Assembly (NCBI GenBank): GCA_963755125.1
Contig: CAVWIP010000012.1
Coordinates: 96,001-160,000, forward strand
Direction: 5' to 3'
DNA: 64,000 nucleotides
Source of the DNA: an uncultured delta proteobacterium
Lineage (GTDB): Bacteria > Myxococcota_A > Polyangia > Fen-1088
The position numbers were made by a program, and so were the translations under genes. Below the pieces are notes generated by a model that saw only the letters and a program-made list of their open reading frames with translations, ran no database searches and was not told the origin of the DNA. Of the stretch, positions 8,682 to 18,920 are shown in pieces (position 1 is the first letter of the stretch; every line of letters begins with the position of its first letter).

Positions 8682-9890
8682 ATGCAGTTTGGCAGTCCCC
8701 CGGAGACCCGCGCCGTTCTCTCGTCCGTTGTCGCCGCCCTCGCGGTGTCTCTGGCTGCGCCCGCCTGTTCCAAGGGTGAAGCCGGCCCCACGACCCGCGC
8801 CCGTATCGCACCCCAGGTCGTGGTGGCCAAGGTAGCAGCGCGCGATGTTCCAGTTGAAGTCCACGCCCCGGTCGACCTGCGCGCCCTGGAGCAAGTCGAC
8901 GTCGGCTCCAAGGTTCTCGGCTATGTCGATGCCGTCCTGGTCGACCGCGGGGACCGGGTGCGCAGGGGTCAAGTAATCGCCTTGGTGCGGCCCAGTGACC
9001 TGCCCGACCAGCTAGCGGCCGCCCGCAGCGTTTTCGCCCAGACCAAGGCGTCAGCGCTTTTGGCGCGCACCAACCACGAGCGGGCGAGCAAGTTGGCGCC
9101 TTCCGGCGTGGTCAGCCAGCAGGAACTGCAATCCGCCACCGCGGCCCTGGCCTCGGCCGAATCGGCCCAGGCGGCAGCCCAGGCCCAGATCTCCGGTCTG
9201 GCCATCCGCTTGGGCGAGACGCGCATCACCTCGCCCATCGACGGAGCCATCGCCGCCCGCCGGCTCGATCCGGGCGCTCTGGTCGGACCGCCTGGCGGCG
9301 GCGCCATCGTCACCGTGGTCCGAACGGATCGCCTGCGCGTTTTCATCACCTTGAACGAGTACGATGCGGCCGGGGTGGGTCTGGGCAAGGACGCGCACGT
9401 GGAGCTAGATGCGCTGCCGGGCCGCACCTTCCCGGGCAAGGTCGTGCGCCTGGCGCCCTCTTTCGATCCGCTGACGCGTACCCTGGAGGCCGAGGTGCAG
9501 CTTCCCAATCCATTGGGTGAGTTGCGTCCAGGCATGTACGGCCGCGGCTCCATCGTGCTCGAGATACGCCCGCACAGGCCGGTGGTGTCGGTCGACGCGG
9601 TCCAGATTTCTTCGGGCAAGAAGTACGTCTTCGTCCTGCATGACACCAAGGTCGAGCGCCGGACCATTGAAACCGGCGCCGATGTCGACATGGGCGATGC
9701 GCTTGAGATCCGTTCGGGCCTGCAGGCGGGCGAGGAGGTCGTGATCGCGGGCGCGGACGGGCTGTCGGACGGTTCCACGGTGCGCGTGGTTCGCGACATG
9801 AACCCCTACACCGGCGAAAAGAACACCGTGGCGGCCTCGCCCACATCGACCCAGACCAATACCGCCCGTCGCTCCGGCAAGCCCGACTAG
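8682..9890 (+). CDS. RND efflux periplasmic adaptor (MFP)
   Basis: VDRGDRVRRGQ lipoyl segment, helical hairpin, LRPGMYG. Confidence 0.93.
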   Translation: MQFGSPPETRAVLSSVVAALAVSLAAPACSKGEAGPTTRARIAPQVVVAKVAARDVPVEVHAPVDLRALEQVDVGSKVLGYVDAVLVDRGDRVRRGQVIALVRPSDLPDQLAAARSVFAQTKASALLARTNHERASKLAPSGVVSQQELQSATAALASAESAQAAAQAQISGLAIRLGETRITSPIDGAIAARRLDPGALVGPPGGGAIVTVVRTDRLRVFITLNEYDAAGVGLGKDAHVELDALPGRTFPGKVVRLAPSFDPLTRTLEAEVQLPNPLGELRPGMYGRGSIVLEIRPHRPVVSVDAVQISSGKKYVFVLHDTKVERRTIETGADVDMGDALEIRSGLQAGEEVVIAGADGLSDGSTVRVVRDMNPYTGEKNTVAASPTSTQTNTARRSGKPD

Positions 9891-9935
9891 GCGAGCTCGG
9901 ATCGGGATTCCTCGACCCTTCGGCAACAGCACACC

Positions 9936-12900
9936 ATGTGGCTCACCCGTCTCGCTCTTCGCAATCCGGTTCTCATCCTGATGCTCTCGCTCATGCTCAT
10001 CGTGCTGGGCGTGGTGTCGCTGAGCCGGCTTTCCGTGGACCTCTTCCCCGACATCACCATCCCGGTCATCCGCATCGCCACGTTCTATACGGGCGCGGGG
10101 CCGCAAGACATCGAGAAGTCGATCACCCAGCCCGTCGAGCGCGCGGTCAGCGCCTCGCCCGGCGTGGACAAGGTGGAAAGCTCGTCCAAACAGGGCGTGT
10201 CGCTTATCAGCGTGTGGTTCGCCTATGGGACCAACCTCGACAACGCCCAGTTCGAGGTGTCGCAGCGTATCGCGCAGATCCTCAACACCCTGCCGCCCGG
10301 CATCCAGCAGCCCTTCGTCATCAAGTTCGACATCACCAGCATCCCGGTGGTGTCGGTCACCGTCGCCAGCGACCTGCTCGACGAAAAACAACTCTACGAC
10401 CTGGCCTACAACACCATTGAACCGCAATTGGAACGAATCCCCGGCGTGGCTAGTGCGACCGTCGGTGGGGGCAAGATTCGCGAGATCGAAGTCATGGCTG
10501 ACAGCGATGCCCTGCGAGCGCGCGGCCTGGATATCATGGCTCTGACCAATGCCGTGCGCGGGTCCAATTTCTTGCTGCCGTCGGGCAGCCTGCGCGCCGG
10601 CGATCGCGACTACAACGTCTTTACCAACACGCAAGTCCCAGACGTGCGACCCTTGCGCGACGTGGTGGTGCGGGCCACACCGTCGCCGGCCGGGCAGGGG
10701 CCAGGACTGGTCAGGGTTTCGGACGTGGCCCAGGTGGAGGATCTGACCGCAGACCAGACCGAGATCGTGCGCGTGAACGGAAAGCGTGGCGTGTTTCTGC
10801 GCGTACTCAAGCAACCGGGGGCCAACACCATTGCCGTGGTGGACGCGATCCGCGACGCCATCACAAAGCTGCGTGGCGTGCCCAGCAACGTGAAGATCGA
10901 AATCGGCTTCGATCAGTCTCTCTACATCCGGTCAGCCGTGGCGGCGCTGCAGCACGAGGCAGTGCAGGGGGGTGTGCTGGCCATTCTGGTCATCCTGTTC
11001 TTCCTCGTAAATTTTCGCGCCACCGGGATCATCGGGGTGGCCATTCCGCTCTCCATCGTGTCGACCTTCGTGTTGCTCTACTTCACCAACCAGACACTCA
11101 ACGTCTTCACCCTGGGCGGCCTAGCGCTCGGTGTGGGACGGCTGGTGGACGATTCGATCGTGGAACTGGAAAACATCCACCGCCACCTTGCCATGGGCCA
11201 GAACCGACGCAACGCCGTGCTGTTGGCGGCACAGGAAGTGGCCATGCCCATCCTGGTGTCGACCATCACCACCATCGTGGTGTTCTTCCCGGTGCTGTTC
11301 ATGGTCGGGATCGGGCGCTACCTGTTCATGCCGCTGGCCTTGACCATCGCCTTCGCCCTGCTCATGAGTTTCTGGGTGTCGCGGACCGTGACACCCCTGC
11401 TCTGCTTCTATTGGCTGAAGGAAGGCGGCCACGACGAGAAGGGCTTTGCCGCCAGAATGACGGGCTGGTTCGACCGGGTCGACGCGGCCTACGGCCGCTC
11501 GCTGGAGTGGGTGCTGCGCCATCGCTTGCTGACTGTGGCGGGAATCCTGCTGTTCTTCCTCGGCAGCATGTTCGTCAAGCGCGGTATCGGCAGCGAGTTC
11601 TTCCCAGACAGCGACGAGTCGCAATTCAGCATCACCTACAAGACGCCCATCGGAACCCGGGTCGAGCGCACCGAGCAGGCGACAGCGCGGCTGGAAGATA
11701 TCGTGCAAAAGGAGCTGGCCCCCATCGGCAGCGGGGCGGCGGCCCAGCGCGTCTACACCACTCTCCTGTCGGACACTGGACTGCCCCTGGGCCGCACCGC
11801 CATCTTCAGCCAGAACACGGGCACCCATTCAGGCAGTCTTTCGGTGAATCTGGTGACCAGAGCCGACCGTCCGGTTTCTGACGTGTGGGCGGCCGAAAAG
11901 GTGCGCGCCGCGGTGCGTGACACCATGCCCGGAACCCAGCTCTACTTCTTCATCGGCGGCATCGTGAAGCGCATCCAGAACTTCGGGGCCACCGCGCCCA
12001 TCGATGTCGAGGTCTTGGGCTACGACCTCGACGATGGCTCGCGCTATGGGACCAGCCTGCTGACCAAGATGCGCGCGCTGACGGACGCGCAGGGCCGGCC
12101 GTTGCTGACCGACGTCCAGTCGTCGCGCGAGGAGAACGCCCCGGAGTTGGACGTGGTCGTGGACCGCCAGAAGGCGGGCATGCTTGGCGTTTCCGAGCAG
12201 GACGTGGCGCAGACCATCCTGATCGGCCTGCTTGGCAACACGCAGATCACTCCCGTGCCGTTCACCGATCCCAAAACCGGAAACGAGTACTACGTCAACG
12301 TGCGCATGGCGGATGCCCACCGCGAGCACGTCTCGGACCTGGGCGACATGTTCATACGCACGCCCAGCGGCGGGATCGTGACCGTGGACAGCCTGGCGCG
12401 CATCGAGCGCAACAGCGGTCCGGTCATGATCGACCGCAAGTACTTGCAGCGCATCGTGCACGTGACGGCCAACGTGGCGCCAACCTCGGACCTCGGCGCA
12501 GCCAGCGAAGCGGTCCAGCACGTGGTCGATAACACGCCGCCCCCCGAGGGCTTTGCCGCCAGCCTGGGCGGGCAAACCCTGGAACAGCAAAAGGCGTTCC
12601 GCGGGCTGATCTTCGCCGCCATCATGGCGCTGGCCCTGGTGTACATGGTGCTGGCCAGCCAGTTCAAGTCGCTCATCGACCCGCTGGTCATCATGTTCAG
12701 CGTGCCGCTCGGCGTGTCGGGCGTGTTCATCATGCTGTACCTGACCGGCACCAAGCTGAGCGTGAACAGCTTCATGGGCATCATCATGATGGTGGGCATC
12801 GTGGTGTCGAACGGGGTTCTTCTGGTCGACTTCGCCAACGTGCTCCGTCAGCGGGGCAAGTCGCTGCATGAGGCCACCGTGCAGGCAGGCCGCACCCGGC

Positions 12901-13157
12901 TGCGGCCCATCATGATGACCACCATCGCCACCATCACCGCTCTCATCCCCATGGCGCTCGGCCTCGGCGAGGGTAGCGAAACCAATCTGCCGCTGGCCCG
13001 CGCCGTCATCGGTGGCCTGATGGTGTCTACCTTCTTCACCCTCTTCTTGGTGCCCTCGCTGTACACCGTGCTCGATCGCTTCGCCAAGCGGGTCTCGCCC
13101 CACGACGAGGATCTCGGCAGCGGCCCGCAGACCGCAGAGGATCCAGCCCATGCGTAA
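9936..13157 (+). CDS. RND efflux permease (AcrB/AcrD/AcrF family)
   Basis: 1073 aa; GRLVDDSIVELENI and RLRPIMMTT motifs. Confidence 0.96.
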   Translation: MWLTRLALRNPVLILMLSLMLIVLGVVSLSRLSVDLFPDITIPVIRIATFYTGAGPQDIEKSITQPVERAVSASPGVDKVESSSKQGVSLISVWFAYGTNLDNAQFEVSQRIAQILNTLPPGIQQPFVIKFDITSIPVVSVTVASDLLDEKQLYDLAYNTIEPQLERIPGVASATVGGGKIREIEVMADSDALRARGLDIMALTNAVRGSNFLLPSGSLRAGDRDYNVFTNTQVPDVRPLRDVVVRATPSPAGQGPGLVRVSDVAQVEDLTADQTEIVRVNGKRGVFLRVLKQPGANTIAVVDAIRDAITKLRGVPSNVKIEIGFDQSLYIRSAVAALQHEAVQGGVLAILVILFFLVNFRATGIIGVAIPLSIVSTFVLLYFTNQTLNVFTLGGLALGVGRLVDDSIVELENIHRHLAMGQNRRNAVLLAAQEVAMPILVSTITTIVVFFPVLFMVGIGRYLFMPLALTIAFALLMSFWVSRTVTPLLCFYWLKEGGHDEKGFAARMTGWFDRVDAAYGRSLEWVLRHRLLTVAGILLFFLGSMFVKRGIGSEFFPDSDESQFSITYKTPIGTRVERTEQATARLEDIVQKELAPIGSGAAAQRVYTTLLSDTGLPLGRTAIFSQNTGTHSGSLSVNLVTRADRPVSDVWAAEKVRAAVRDTMPGTQLYFFIGGIVKRIQNFGATAPIDVEVLGYDLDDGSRYGTSLLTKMRALTDAQGRPLLTDVQSSREENAPELDVVVDRQKAGMLGVSEQDVAQTILIGLLGNTQITPVPFTDPKTGNEYYVNVRMADAHREHVSDLGDMFIRTPSGGIVTVDSLARIERNSGPVMIDRKYLQRIVHVTANVAPTSDLGAASEAVQHVVDNTPPPEGFAASLGGQTLEQQKAFRGLIFAAIMALALVYMVLASQFKSLIDPLVIMFSVPLGVSGVFIMLYLTGTKLSVNSFMGIIMMVGIVVSNGVLLVDFANVLRQRGKSLHEATVQAGRTRLRPIMMTTIATITALIPMALGLGEGSETNLPLARAVIGGLMVSTFFTLFLVPSLYTVLDRFAKRVSPHDEDLGSGPQTAEDPAHA

Positions 13158-14529
13158 CGACCGATGGCTGCAACTCGCTGTCTGGGCGACGTTGCTTGCT
13201 GCTGCGCACACAGCTCGCGCTCAGGAAGACAGCGAGCCCCCGCCGGTGCCCAAACTGCAAGACGCCGCGTCCGACACCGGCCGAGCCTACGAGAAGATCA
13301 CGATGACCGAGGCGGTGCGACGGGCGCTGGCGCGCAACGTGACCACGCTGGTGGCCGTGGCCGAGATCGATCGCGCCCAGGCTTTGCTCGGCGAGGCGCG
13401 CGCCCCGTCCATGCCAAGCCTGATTGGGAGCGCGGCGTACACGCGGCTCGACGGCGATCGCGTTCTGCAATCCGCGACCTACGATTTCACGAAGCCGTAT
13501 CCCCCCCCTGTCATTCCGGGCCCGACCAAGCTCCTCGCCGCGAAGAACCAGGAATCGGCGAACCTCACCCTGAACGTGCCGCTCGTCTCGCCGTCCACCT
13601 GGGTGAAATGGTCGCAGGCCAGGACCAACCTGATGTCCACCCGGGCCGGCAACCAGGACGCGCGCCGAACCGTGGCGCTCTTGGCGGCGCGCGCCTACCT
13701 CGCGGTCATCGCACAGAAGCGCCAGCTCGACATCAACGCGCGCGCGCTGGCCACGGACCGCGCCCACTACGACTACGCGCACACCCGCCTGGTGGGCGGC
13801 GTCGGCAACAGGGTGGACGACGTGCGGGCCGCGCAGCAGGTGGCCTCCGACGAGGCAGTGCTGTCCGCCAGCTACACGGCGCTGGCGCGCGCGCGCGAGG
13901 CGCTGGGCATGCTGCTGGGCGAGGACCGCCCCATCGATGTGTTCGACGATCTCGATTTCCCGAAGATCCACGCCGATCCCGCGGAAGCGGTGGCCGCGCG
14001 CGCGGACGTGGTCGCGGCCAAGACGCGGGTGCAACTGGCCGAACAGACCAAGAACCAGGGCTGGGCCGACTACACGCCCACGCTCCTGGGTCAGTTCATG
14101 CCCTTCTATCAGCACCCGCCAAGCCTCACGGTGCCCGAGACCGGGTGGCAGGCCATGCTGGTGCTGACGGTGCCGTTCTTCGAGGGCGGCATCCGCTGGG
14201 GTCAGAACAGGGAGCGAGCCGCGCTCCTCGACGAAGCGCGCAGCCAGTACGACGCCCTGCTGCGCCAGACCCGCTCCGACATCCGCATCGCGGTCGAGGA
14301 GGTCAGCCGCGCGGACGAGGCCATGCAGTCCGCGTCCAGCGCCGCCCGGCTGGCGCGCGAGGCGCTGGACCTGGCCAACCGGGCCTACCGGGCAGGCGCC
14401 ACCTCCAACCTGGAGGTCATCGACGCCGAACGCCGCGCGCGCGACGCGGACTCGGCGGCGGTGATCGCCGAGGACACCGTTCGCCAGGCGCGCCTCGATC
14501 TGCTGGCCGCTGCCGGCCAGTTTCCGTAG
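13150..14529 (+). CDS. TolC-family outer-membrane efflux protein
   Basis: Signal peptide, EAVRRALARN, YRAGATSNLEVIDA; third gene of the RND operon. Confidence 0.92.
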   Translation: MRNDRWLQLAVWATLLAAAHTARAQEDSEPPPVPKLQDAASDTGRAYEKITMTEAVRRALARNVTTLVAVAEIDRAQALLGEARAPSMPSLIGSAAYTRLDGDRVLQSATYDFTKPYPPPVIPGPTKLLAAKNQESANLTLNVPLVSPSTWVKWSQARTNLMSTRAGNQDARRTVALLAARAYLAVIAQKRQLDINARALATDRAHYDYAHTRLVGGVGNRVDDVRAAQQVASDEAVLSASYTALARAREALGMLLGEDRPIDVFDDLDFPKIHADPAEAVAARADVVAAKTRVQLAEQTKNQGWADYTPTLLGQFMPFYQHPPSLTVPETGWQAMLVLTVPFFEGGIRWGQNRERAALLDEARSQYDALLRQTRSDIRIAVEEVSRADEAMQSASSAARLAREALDLANRAYRAGATSNLEVIDAERRARDADSAAVIAEDTVRQARLDLLAAAGQFP

Positions 14530-14538
14530 TCGGGCGCG

Positions 14539-16932
14539 CTAATTCCCGCCCGGGCCGGCGTCGCGGTATGGGGTGCCAGTCTGATAAAGCGCGATCTGCG
14601 CATGCAGTCGGTTGGCCAGCGCGCTCCGGTGCTGGGCAGTGGCCAACTGCAACGCGCGCTGGGCCGCGCCCAGAGCTTCGGGAAATCGCCCGGCTTCGGC
14701 ATAGGCGGCGGCCAGCGTGGCAATGAACGTCGGATTGCCACCGCCGGAAAGCCGCTGCGCCTGCTCGGCCAACTCGACGGCCCGAGTGCCGTTGCGAACC
14801 GAGGCTTCCGGGCTGGTCGCCAGGACCCAGGCCAGACTGCTGGCGGCGGCCGCAAAGTCGCGACGGATCTGCAGCGCCCTCTGGTAGTGAGTGATGGCTT
14901 CGCGTACCTGCCCAGCCTGCTGGAAAAGATTGGCGAGGTTGTAGTGGGCCATGGCGTAGTCGGGCTGAATTTCCAGCGCCTTCTGGTAATGAGCGACAGC
15001 CTCCCGCACCTGTCCTTTTTGCCGGAGAACATTGGCAAGGTTGTTGTGGGTCTCGGCGTGGTCGGGCTGAATTTCCAGCGCCCTTTGCAAGTGAACCATC
15101 GCCTCATCCACCTGCCCCTTTTGGTTGAGAGCCCTGGCAAGGTTGCTGTGGGCCTCGGCGTAGTCCGGCTGGATTTCTAGTGCCCTTTGTAAGTGAACCA
15201 TCGCCTCATCTACCTGCCCCTTTTCCAGAAGACTGACGCCGAGGCTGTTGTGGGCATCGGCATATTCGGGCTGGATGTCCAGCGCCTTCTGGAAATGGGC
15301 TATCGCCGCATCCACCTCGCCCTTTTGACGAAGAGCCTCGCCCAGGTTGTAGTGGGCCATGACATAGTTGGGCTGGATCTCCAGCGCCCGCTGGAACTCG
15401 GCTATTGCCTCATCCACCCGACCCTGCTGGCGAAGAACCCCGCCCAGGTTGTAGTGCGCCGTCGCATAGCTGGGCCGGATTTCCACGGTCTTCCTGAAAT
15501 GGGCCAGCGCCGCATCCGGTTTGCCCTGTTCGAGAAAGAAATTGCCGAGGTTGTTGTGAGCTGCCCAGGAATTTGAATCCGCGGCGAGCGCTGTGCCCCA
15601 AAACGTTCCGGGGTCCGCATAGATCCCGCACTGCCTCCAGGTCAATCCACCCAGCACCGCCAGCAGCGTCGCGGCCAGCGCCACTGTCGGGACCAGACGT
15701 CTTGCCCCAAGAAGGCCGGAACCTGTGGTGATTGCTGTTGCGGCCAGCGAAAGTGGGCCGATTATTGCGAAGTATTGCCAATGGTCGGCCACCAGCGATA
15801 CCAGCATGAAGCCGATGTTGAGAAACCCCAACACCGGCAACAGCATCACCACGAAATAACCCAAGGCCAGAAGCGGGGCCTGGCCCCAGCTTCGACGATA
15901 GCGCGCGCATGCCAGGAATACGCCCACCAGCGAGAGCCCCGGCAGGTACACCCACCACTGTGCCCCGTCGATCTGCCAGCGCGGATAGATGGACCTCAGA
16001 CCGAAGGGTAACGCCGCCTTGTAGAGATAGAACCAAACTGCCCATCCGGCTCCTGCCAGCCGCGCCCAAAAGCTGTCCGTGCGCACGATGTCTGACCCGA
16101 TCGCCCGATGTGACTGGAACCACAATGAAGCCAAACCCACTGCGACGGCGGCGGCCACAAAGGGCATGATGCGCACGATGTCTTCGCGCTCGACTGTGCC
16201 TCGCCGCCACCAGGCCAATCCCAGCAGCACCAGTGGCATGGGCGCCACCACCGTCTTGCTCAGCAAGGCCAGGACAAATGCAACCAGCGCGAGCCAGTAC
16301 CAGCGCCATTGCACGCCGAGCCTTGGGTTGTCAGCATCCGGCGACGAGTCGCGAGGGCCAGGGTCGAAGCGCAGGTACGACAGCAGGCCCAAGAGGTAGA
16401 AAACCATCGCAAGCGTGTTCTTCCGCTCGCTGATCCAGGCAACAGATTCCACGTTGACCGGATGCACGGCAAAGAAAGCCGCCGCCAGCCAGGATCCAGG
16501 AACCTTCAGGCGCGACAGCACCCGCCACAGCACCACCGCACTGAGCCCGTGCAAGAGCACATTGACCACGTGGTAGCCCAGCGGATTGGCGCCCCACAGT
16601 CGCCATTCCATCCACCACAGGGTCGAGGTAAGTGGGTAATAGTCCACCGGCTGGGTGCTGAACCAGAATCGGTACAGACCATCCGCCCGCCGGATCAGGC
16701 GATTGTTGAATACGAAGCTGCCGTCGTCCCAGATGATTCCGGCGTGCCACACCGGCAAATAGGCAATGACCGTCACGCCCACCAGCAACAGCGCAAGCAG
16801 CCAGGGTTGCTTCGCCACTATGCCAAGGAATCCCGCCACACTCTCGGCCGGAGGATGCGACAACCCTCCACCCGTGTCGCAGACGCCGGCTGCTTCGGGC
16901 TCGACGGTCCGGCGATGTCTTGCCCGCCTCAT
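14539..16932 (-). CDS. TMTC-like GT-C membrane protein with C-terminal TPR array
   Basis: WDD in first loop, YHVVNVLLH, FAVHPVNVESVAWISERKN, many TMs, then a run of 34-aa TPRs. Confidence 0.85.
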   Translation of the reverse strand: MRRARHRRTVEPEAAGVCDTGGGLSHPPAESVAGFLGIVAKQPWLLALLLVGVTVIAYLPVWHAGIIWDDGSFVFNNRLIRRADGLYRFWFSTQPVDYYPLTSTLWWMEWRLWGANPLGYHVVNVLLHGLSAVVLWRVLSRLKVPGSWLAAAFFAVHPVNVESVAWISERKNTLAMVFYLLGLLSYLRFDPGPRDSSPDADNPRLGVQWRWYWLALVAFVLALLSKTVVAPMPLVLLGLAWWRRGTVEREDIVRIMPFVAAAVAVGLASLWFQSHRAIGSDIVRTDSFWARLAGAGWAVWFYLYKAALPFGLRSIYPRWQIDGAQWWVYLPGLSLVGVFLACARYRRSWGQAPLLALGYFVVMLLPVLGFLNIGFMLVSLVADHWQYFAIIGPLSLAATAITTGSGLLGARRLVPTVALAATLLAVLGGLTWRQCGIYADPGTFWGTALAADSNSWAAHNNLGNFFLEQGKPDAALAHFRKTVEIRPSYATAHYNLGGVLRQQGRVDEAIAEFQRALEIQPNYVMAHYNLGEALRQKGEVDAAIAHFQKALDIQPEYADAHNSLGVSLLEKGQVDEAMVHLQRALEIQPDYAEAHSNLARALNQKGQVDEAMVHLQRALEIQPDHAETHNNLANVLRQKGQVREAVAHYQKALEIQPDYAMAHYNLANLFQQAGQVREAITHYQRALQIRRDFAAAASSLAWVLATSPEASVRNGTRAVELAEQAQRLSGGGNPTFIATLAAAYAEAGRFPEALGAAQRALQLATAQHRSALANRLHAQIALYQTGTPYRDAGPGGN

Positions 16933-16943
16933 CCCGCACTAGC

Positions 16944-18920
16944 CTACGGCATATCTCCCAACGAGTCCGCTGCTGAGCGTACCTCTCCCCGCCGGATGAT
17001 GGTCTTGCGGATGAAATGCGGCCGTCGCTTGGTCTCTTCGAGAATCTTCGCGATGTACTCACCCACGATGGCAATTCCCAGCAGATTCAGCGACCCGAAG
17101 AAGAGAATGAAGAGAATGATGGTCGTGGCGCCCCGTGGCGCCAGCCCGGGGAAGAGCAGGCGGGATGCGATGTGCCCCACGCCCAGCAAGACGCTCAGCA
17201 GGAAGAACATCGTGCCAAAGAAGCTGAGCGCCAACAGCGGCGTATAGCTGAAAGAAAGTATGCCCTTCTTGGCCCAACCCACGTTCTTGAGAAAGCTATT
17301 GGTGCTGCGGCCGAACATCCTTTGCGGGCGAACATAGTCGATGCCGGCCTGCTTGAACCCCACTGCGGCCCGCACGCCCCGCAGGAAGAAATCCCGCTCC
17401 GGATACTGCAGGATGGCTTTGACCGCACGGCGATCAATCAACGAAAAATCACCGGCATCGTGCGGGATGGAGAGATACGAGAAGGCATCGAAGAGCCGAT
17501 AGAAGAGCTTGTAGGCCAGGCGCATGAAGAGAGACGCCTCACGCTTGACCCGTCGCCCGTACACGATGTCGAAGCCCTCCTGCCACTTGCCCATGAAATC
17601 CCCGATGATCTCCGGAGGATCCTGCAAGTCGCCGTCGAGCAGCACGCAGGCGTTCTTGGTTGCAATCTCCATGCCGCTGCGAAAGGCGGACTGCGACCCG
17701 AAGTTGCGGGAATGCGAAATCCCCACCACGTGCCGGTCGCGGCTACTCAGTTCGCGGATGACCTCCTCGCTGTTGTCGGGGCTGTTGTCGTTGACGAAGA
17801 TGATCTCGTGATCGATCTTGAGGTCGGCGAAGGTCTTCTTCAACCGTTCATACATGATCGGGATGGCCTGGGCGTCCTTGTAGCAGGCCACCACCGCGGA
17901 CACGCTGCGTTTGCTGTCCAGCGCGAATTGCTTGGACGAGCGATAGTAGCGTTGCTTGTCTTCCAGGCTGCGGTACCAATCGGCGGTCCGGCGCAGACCC
18001 TCGCGGAATTCGGTGCGGGCCTTCCAGTGCAGCACCTCCGCCGTCTTGCTCTGGTCAGAGAACCAGTTGACGACGTCCCACTTGCGCCTCTCCATTGTGC
18101 CGTAGGCCGGCTGCCCGGAAATCGAGAACAACTCGGCCGCGGCCTGGGCAACCTCGGCGATGGTAGTCTTGCGGCCGCTGCCGATATTGAAGGAGTCGCC
18201 GAAAAAGGGCTCGCGCAGATTGAGCGCAGTGTCGACGTAGGCCTCGCAGATGTCGTCGACGTAGACGAAATCCCTTGAAATCGCGCCGTCGACCAGAGGC
18301 GGGAATTTCCCCTCCAGGCCGCACCTGACCAGCGTGGGGATGAGCCGGGAAGCGTCTTCCTGCGGACCGTAGGCAGAGAAAAGCCGGAGATTCGCGCACG
18401 GCAAGGACTTCTTCTTGCCATACAAGCGCAAGAGGTTGGCGCACGACACCTTGGCGACGGCGTAATCACTGTTGGGCTGCGGAAGATCGTCCTCCTTGGG
18501 GCCGGCCGCCCGGTCGCCGTATTCCGAGGAACTTCCCGAGTGCACGTAGCAAGAGATGCCGAGGGCCTCCAGACGCTTCAGCAATTTGGCCGTGAGGTTG
18601 AGATTTGTCTCGTAAATCAGCTCGCTCTCGCCTTCGAAGGAATAGCCGCCGTAGCCAACGCAATTGAAGATGGTGCGTGGCTTGCAGTGATCGAGGAGCT
18701 GGTCGCGGTTGGCATCCACCAGCAGGTCGACGACGATGGTGTTGCGCTCGCGCACGCCCGCCAGGCGCCAGGCCGGGGTATGGAAGATCGTGCCGTACAC
18801 ATCGTCCCGATGGGCGAGCAGCATGCACAACAAGTTCGCCCCGAGGAAGCCGCTGGCGCCAAGCACCAGGACCGGTCCTTGCAAGCGGCAAATCTTCTCT
18901 TCCAGTCCGGGGTCAGTCAT
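16944..18920 (-). CDS. fusion: NAD-dependent epimerase/reductase + GT2 polyprenyl-phosphate glycosyltransferase
   Basis: GASGFLG, SSSEYG, YAVAK; then VNDNSPDNS, SRNFG, LDGDLQDPPE and two C-terminal TMs (GtrB/ArnC-like). Confidence 0.9.
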   Translation of the reverse strand: MTDPGLEEKICRLQGPVLVLGASGFLGANLLCMLLAHRDDVYGTIFHTPAWRLAGVRERNTIVVDLLVDANRDQLLDHCKPRTIFNCVGYGGYSFEGESELIYETNLNLTAKLLKRLEALGISCYVHSGSSSEYGDRAAGPKEDDLPQPNSDYAVAKVSCANLLRLYGKKKSLPCANLRLFSAYGPQEDASRLIPTLVRCGLEGKFPPLVDGAISRDFVYVDDICEAYVDTALNLREPFFGDSFNIGSGRKTTIAEVAQAAAELFSISGQPAYGTMERRKWDVVNWFSDQSKTAEVLHWKARTEFREGLRRTADWYRSLEDKQRYYRSSKQFALDSKRSVSAVVACYKDAQAIPIMYERLKKTFADLKIDHEIIFVNDNSPDNSEEVIRELSSRDRHVVGISHSRNFGSQSAFRSGMEIATKNACVLLDGDLQDPPEIIGDFMGKWQEGFDIVYGRRVKREASLFMRLAYKLFYRLFDAFSYLSIPHDAGDFSLIDRRAVKAILQYPERDFFLRGVRAAVGFKQAGIDYVRPQRMFGRSTNSFLKNVGWAKKGILSFSYTPLLALSFFGTMFFLLSVLLGVGHIASRLLFPGLAPRGATTIILFILFFGSLNLLGIAIVGEYIAKILEETKRRPHFIRKTIIRRGEVRSAADSLGDMP

